From Epithemia pelagica (taxonomy: Eukaryota > Protista > Bacillariophyta): a DNA stretch of 64,000 nucleotides. The notes beneath the pieces were generated by a model. That model worked only from the letters and a program-made list of their open reading frames with translations. It made no database searches and was not told the origin of the DNA. Below, one piece after another: positions 62,951-64,000 of the stretch; positions within the stretch are counted from its first letter, which is position 1, and every line of letters starts with the position of its first letter. Where the stretch lies: NCBI GenBank assembly GCA_946965045.2, contig OX337237.1, forward strand, positions 1,302,001-1,366,000. The letters are read 5' to 3'. The translations under genes were made by a program, and so were the position numbers.

Positions 62951-63945
62951 TTAGTAAGCTTCGTGCCACGGAAGTTGGTCCTTTTTCTGGGGTTCAAGCC
63001 GTGAAGGCGCCTTTTGCACTTCTAAGCTTAATGCAGTCGTGCGAGCCTCACGAGCTTCCTCCAATCGTCCATATTCCTCCAAGTATATGGCCAAGTTAGC
63101 GTTGATCGAGGCATATTTCAACGACGTTGGTGAAATGTTTCGTTCCAGAGCCTTTGCCTTTTCCAGCAGTTCGATTGCCTTGCCTAAATCTCTGGTTTTG
63201 CCCTCTTTGGCGTAGGCCAGACCCATGCTTTCATGTATGTTCACCATGAGAACTTTGCTGGGCCGAGAAAGCTTTCGAGCAATATCGTGAGCCTTCTGTA
63301 CCAATTCTAAATGTCTTGCGGAATTGCAGACACTTCCGAATGTGAGATAGGTGCCTGCAAGCGACTCGGTATTCGGTGCTTTACCTCTTTGATCTTGACC
63401 GCTTCTGAGAAGTGGTCTAGCATATTTTGTCGGTGTTGCGGAAACCGCGCCAGGACAATGGCGATGTTATGGTGCGTGTGAGCCACGGTCAACGAGTCCG
63501 GCTCGTGGCATTGCTTTATTTTCAATGCAGCTTGCAACACAAGCAGAGCCTCGCTATCTTTATGCTGTTCCAGAAACACACAACCCATGTTCTGGAGTAC
63601 TGTACCCATGACAGAAGAATGGGTATCCTTTTCTATGAGAACATCCATGCATCGCTTGTAGTAGTGCAGCGCTTGGTCCAAATCGCCTTGACGCCAGCGT
63701 ATCCCACCGAGTAGACTCCAGGTGTACGTTAAGTTCAGATACAGTGTTTCTTCTGGATCTGTGGTCTGCAGTAGGAGTGTTTCGGCCTTTTGAGCGCTCT
63801 TGATGGCTTGAATAAAGTTTCCCTGACGATATTGCTCTTTGGCATTTTGTGTGTTCTTGATGGCTTTGACAAGATCTGGCCGACGACAACGCCTACTGCC
63901 ATTCTTGCCATACATTTGGTCATGCACAGATGAGCTATTTCCCAT
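62951..63945 (-). pseudogene. Paralog of the 57633-58535 TPR gene, frameshifted
   Basis: MGNSSS start with the same ATCAACCATGGG context. WRQGDLDQAL, VAHTHHNIAIVL, KAPSRLE shared. A 1-bp deletion at ~63380 joins the two ORFs (IKEVKAPNTESLAGTY). Confidence 0.8.
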
Positions 63946-64000
63946 GGTTGATTTGTTCTTACCGTTTGCCAAAGTCCACGACCACAGAATGACAGTTTGT

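Overview
Eukaryotic nuclear DNA, most likely a diatom. This is an inference from the CoDi-type copia element, diatom-style gene families and compact, intron-poor genes. Bases 1-40.3 kb are a transposon island built on a 20,351-bp-period duplication (1-12911 = 20352-33262). Bases 41.9-64 kb are mostly host genes. The island holds: a Mutator-like DDE transposase; a complete 6,687-bp hAT element (14-bp TIRs, perfect 8-bp TSD AATCCAAG) carrying, besides its transposase, an intronless Endonuclease III/NTH1-like HhH-GPD DNA glycosylase; a full-length 6,287-bp copia retrotransposon with identical 114-bp LTRs and non-canonical CAA...TTG ends, plus a truncated copy; a second 3-kb hAT; a MITE-like element; a Crinkler/RHS-type NTPase+REase gene; and orphan 3' fragments of a POT transporter and an ATP-grasp enzyme. 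The host part encodes a type I membrane protein, prefoldin 5, a PDZ+HEAT protein, a second MITE, a Cys-rich protein, a signal-peptide-bearing GT41 (OGT/SPY-like) glycosyltransferase, and two N-myristoylated TPR paralogs flanking a disrupted STAND ATPase. The standout candidate for a new system is the hAT transposon with DNA-glycosylase cargo. All family assignments come from motif recognition by eye; no database search was run.
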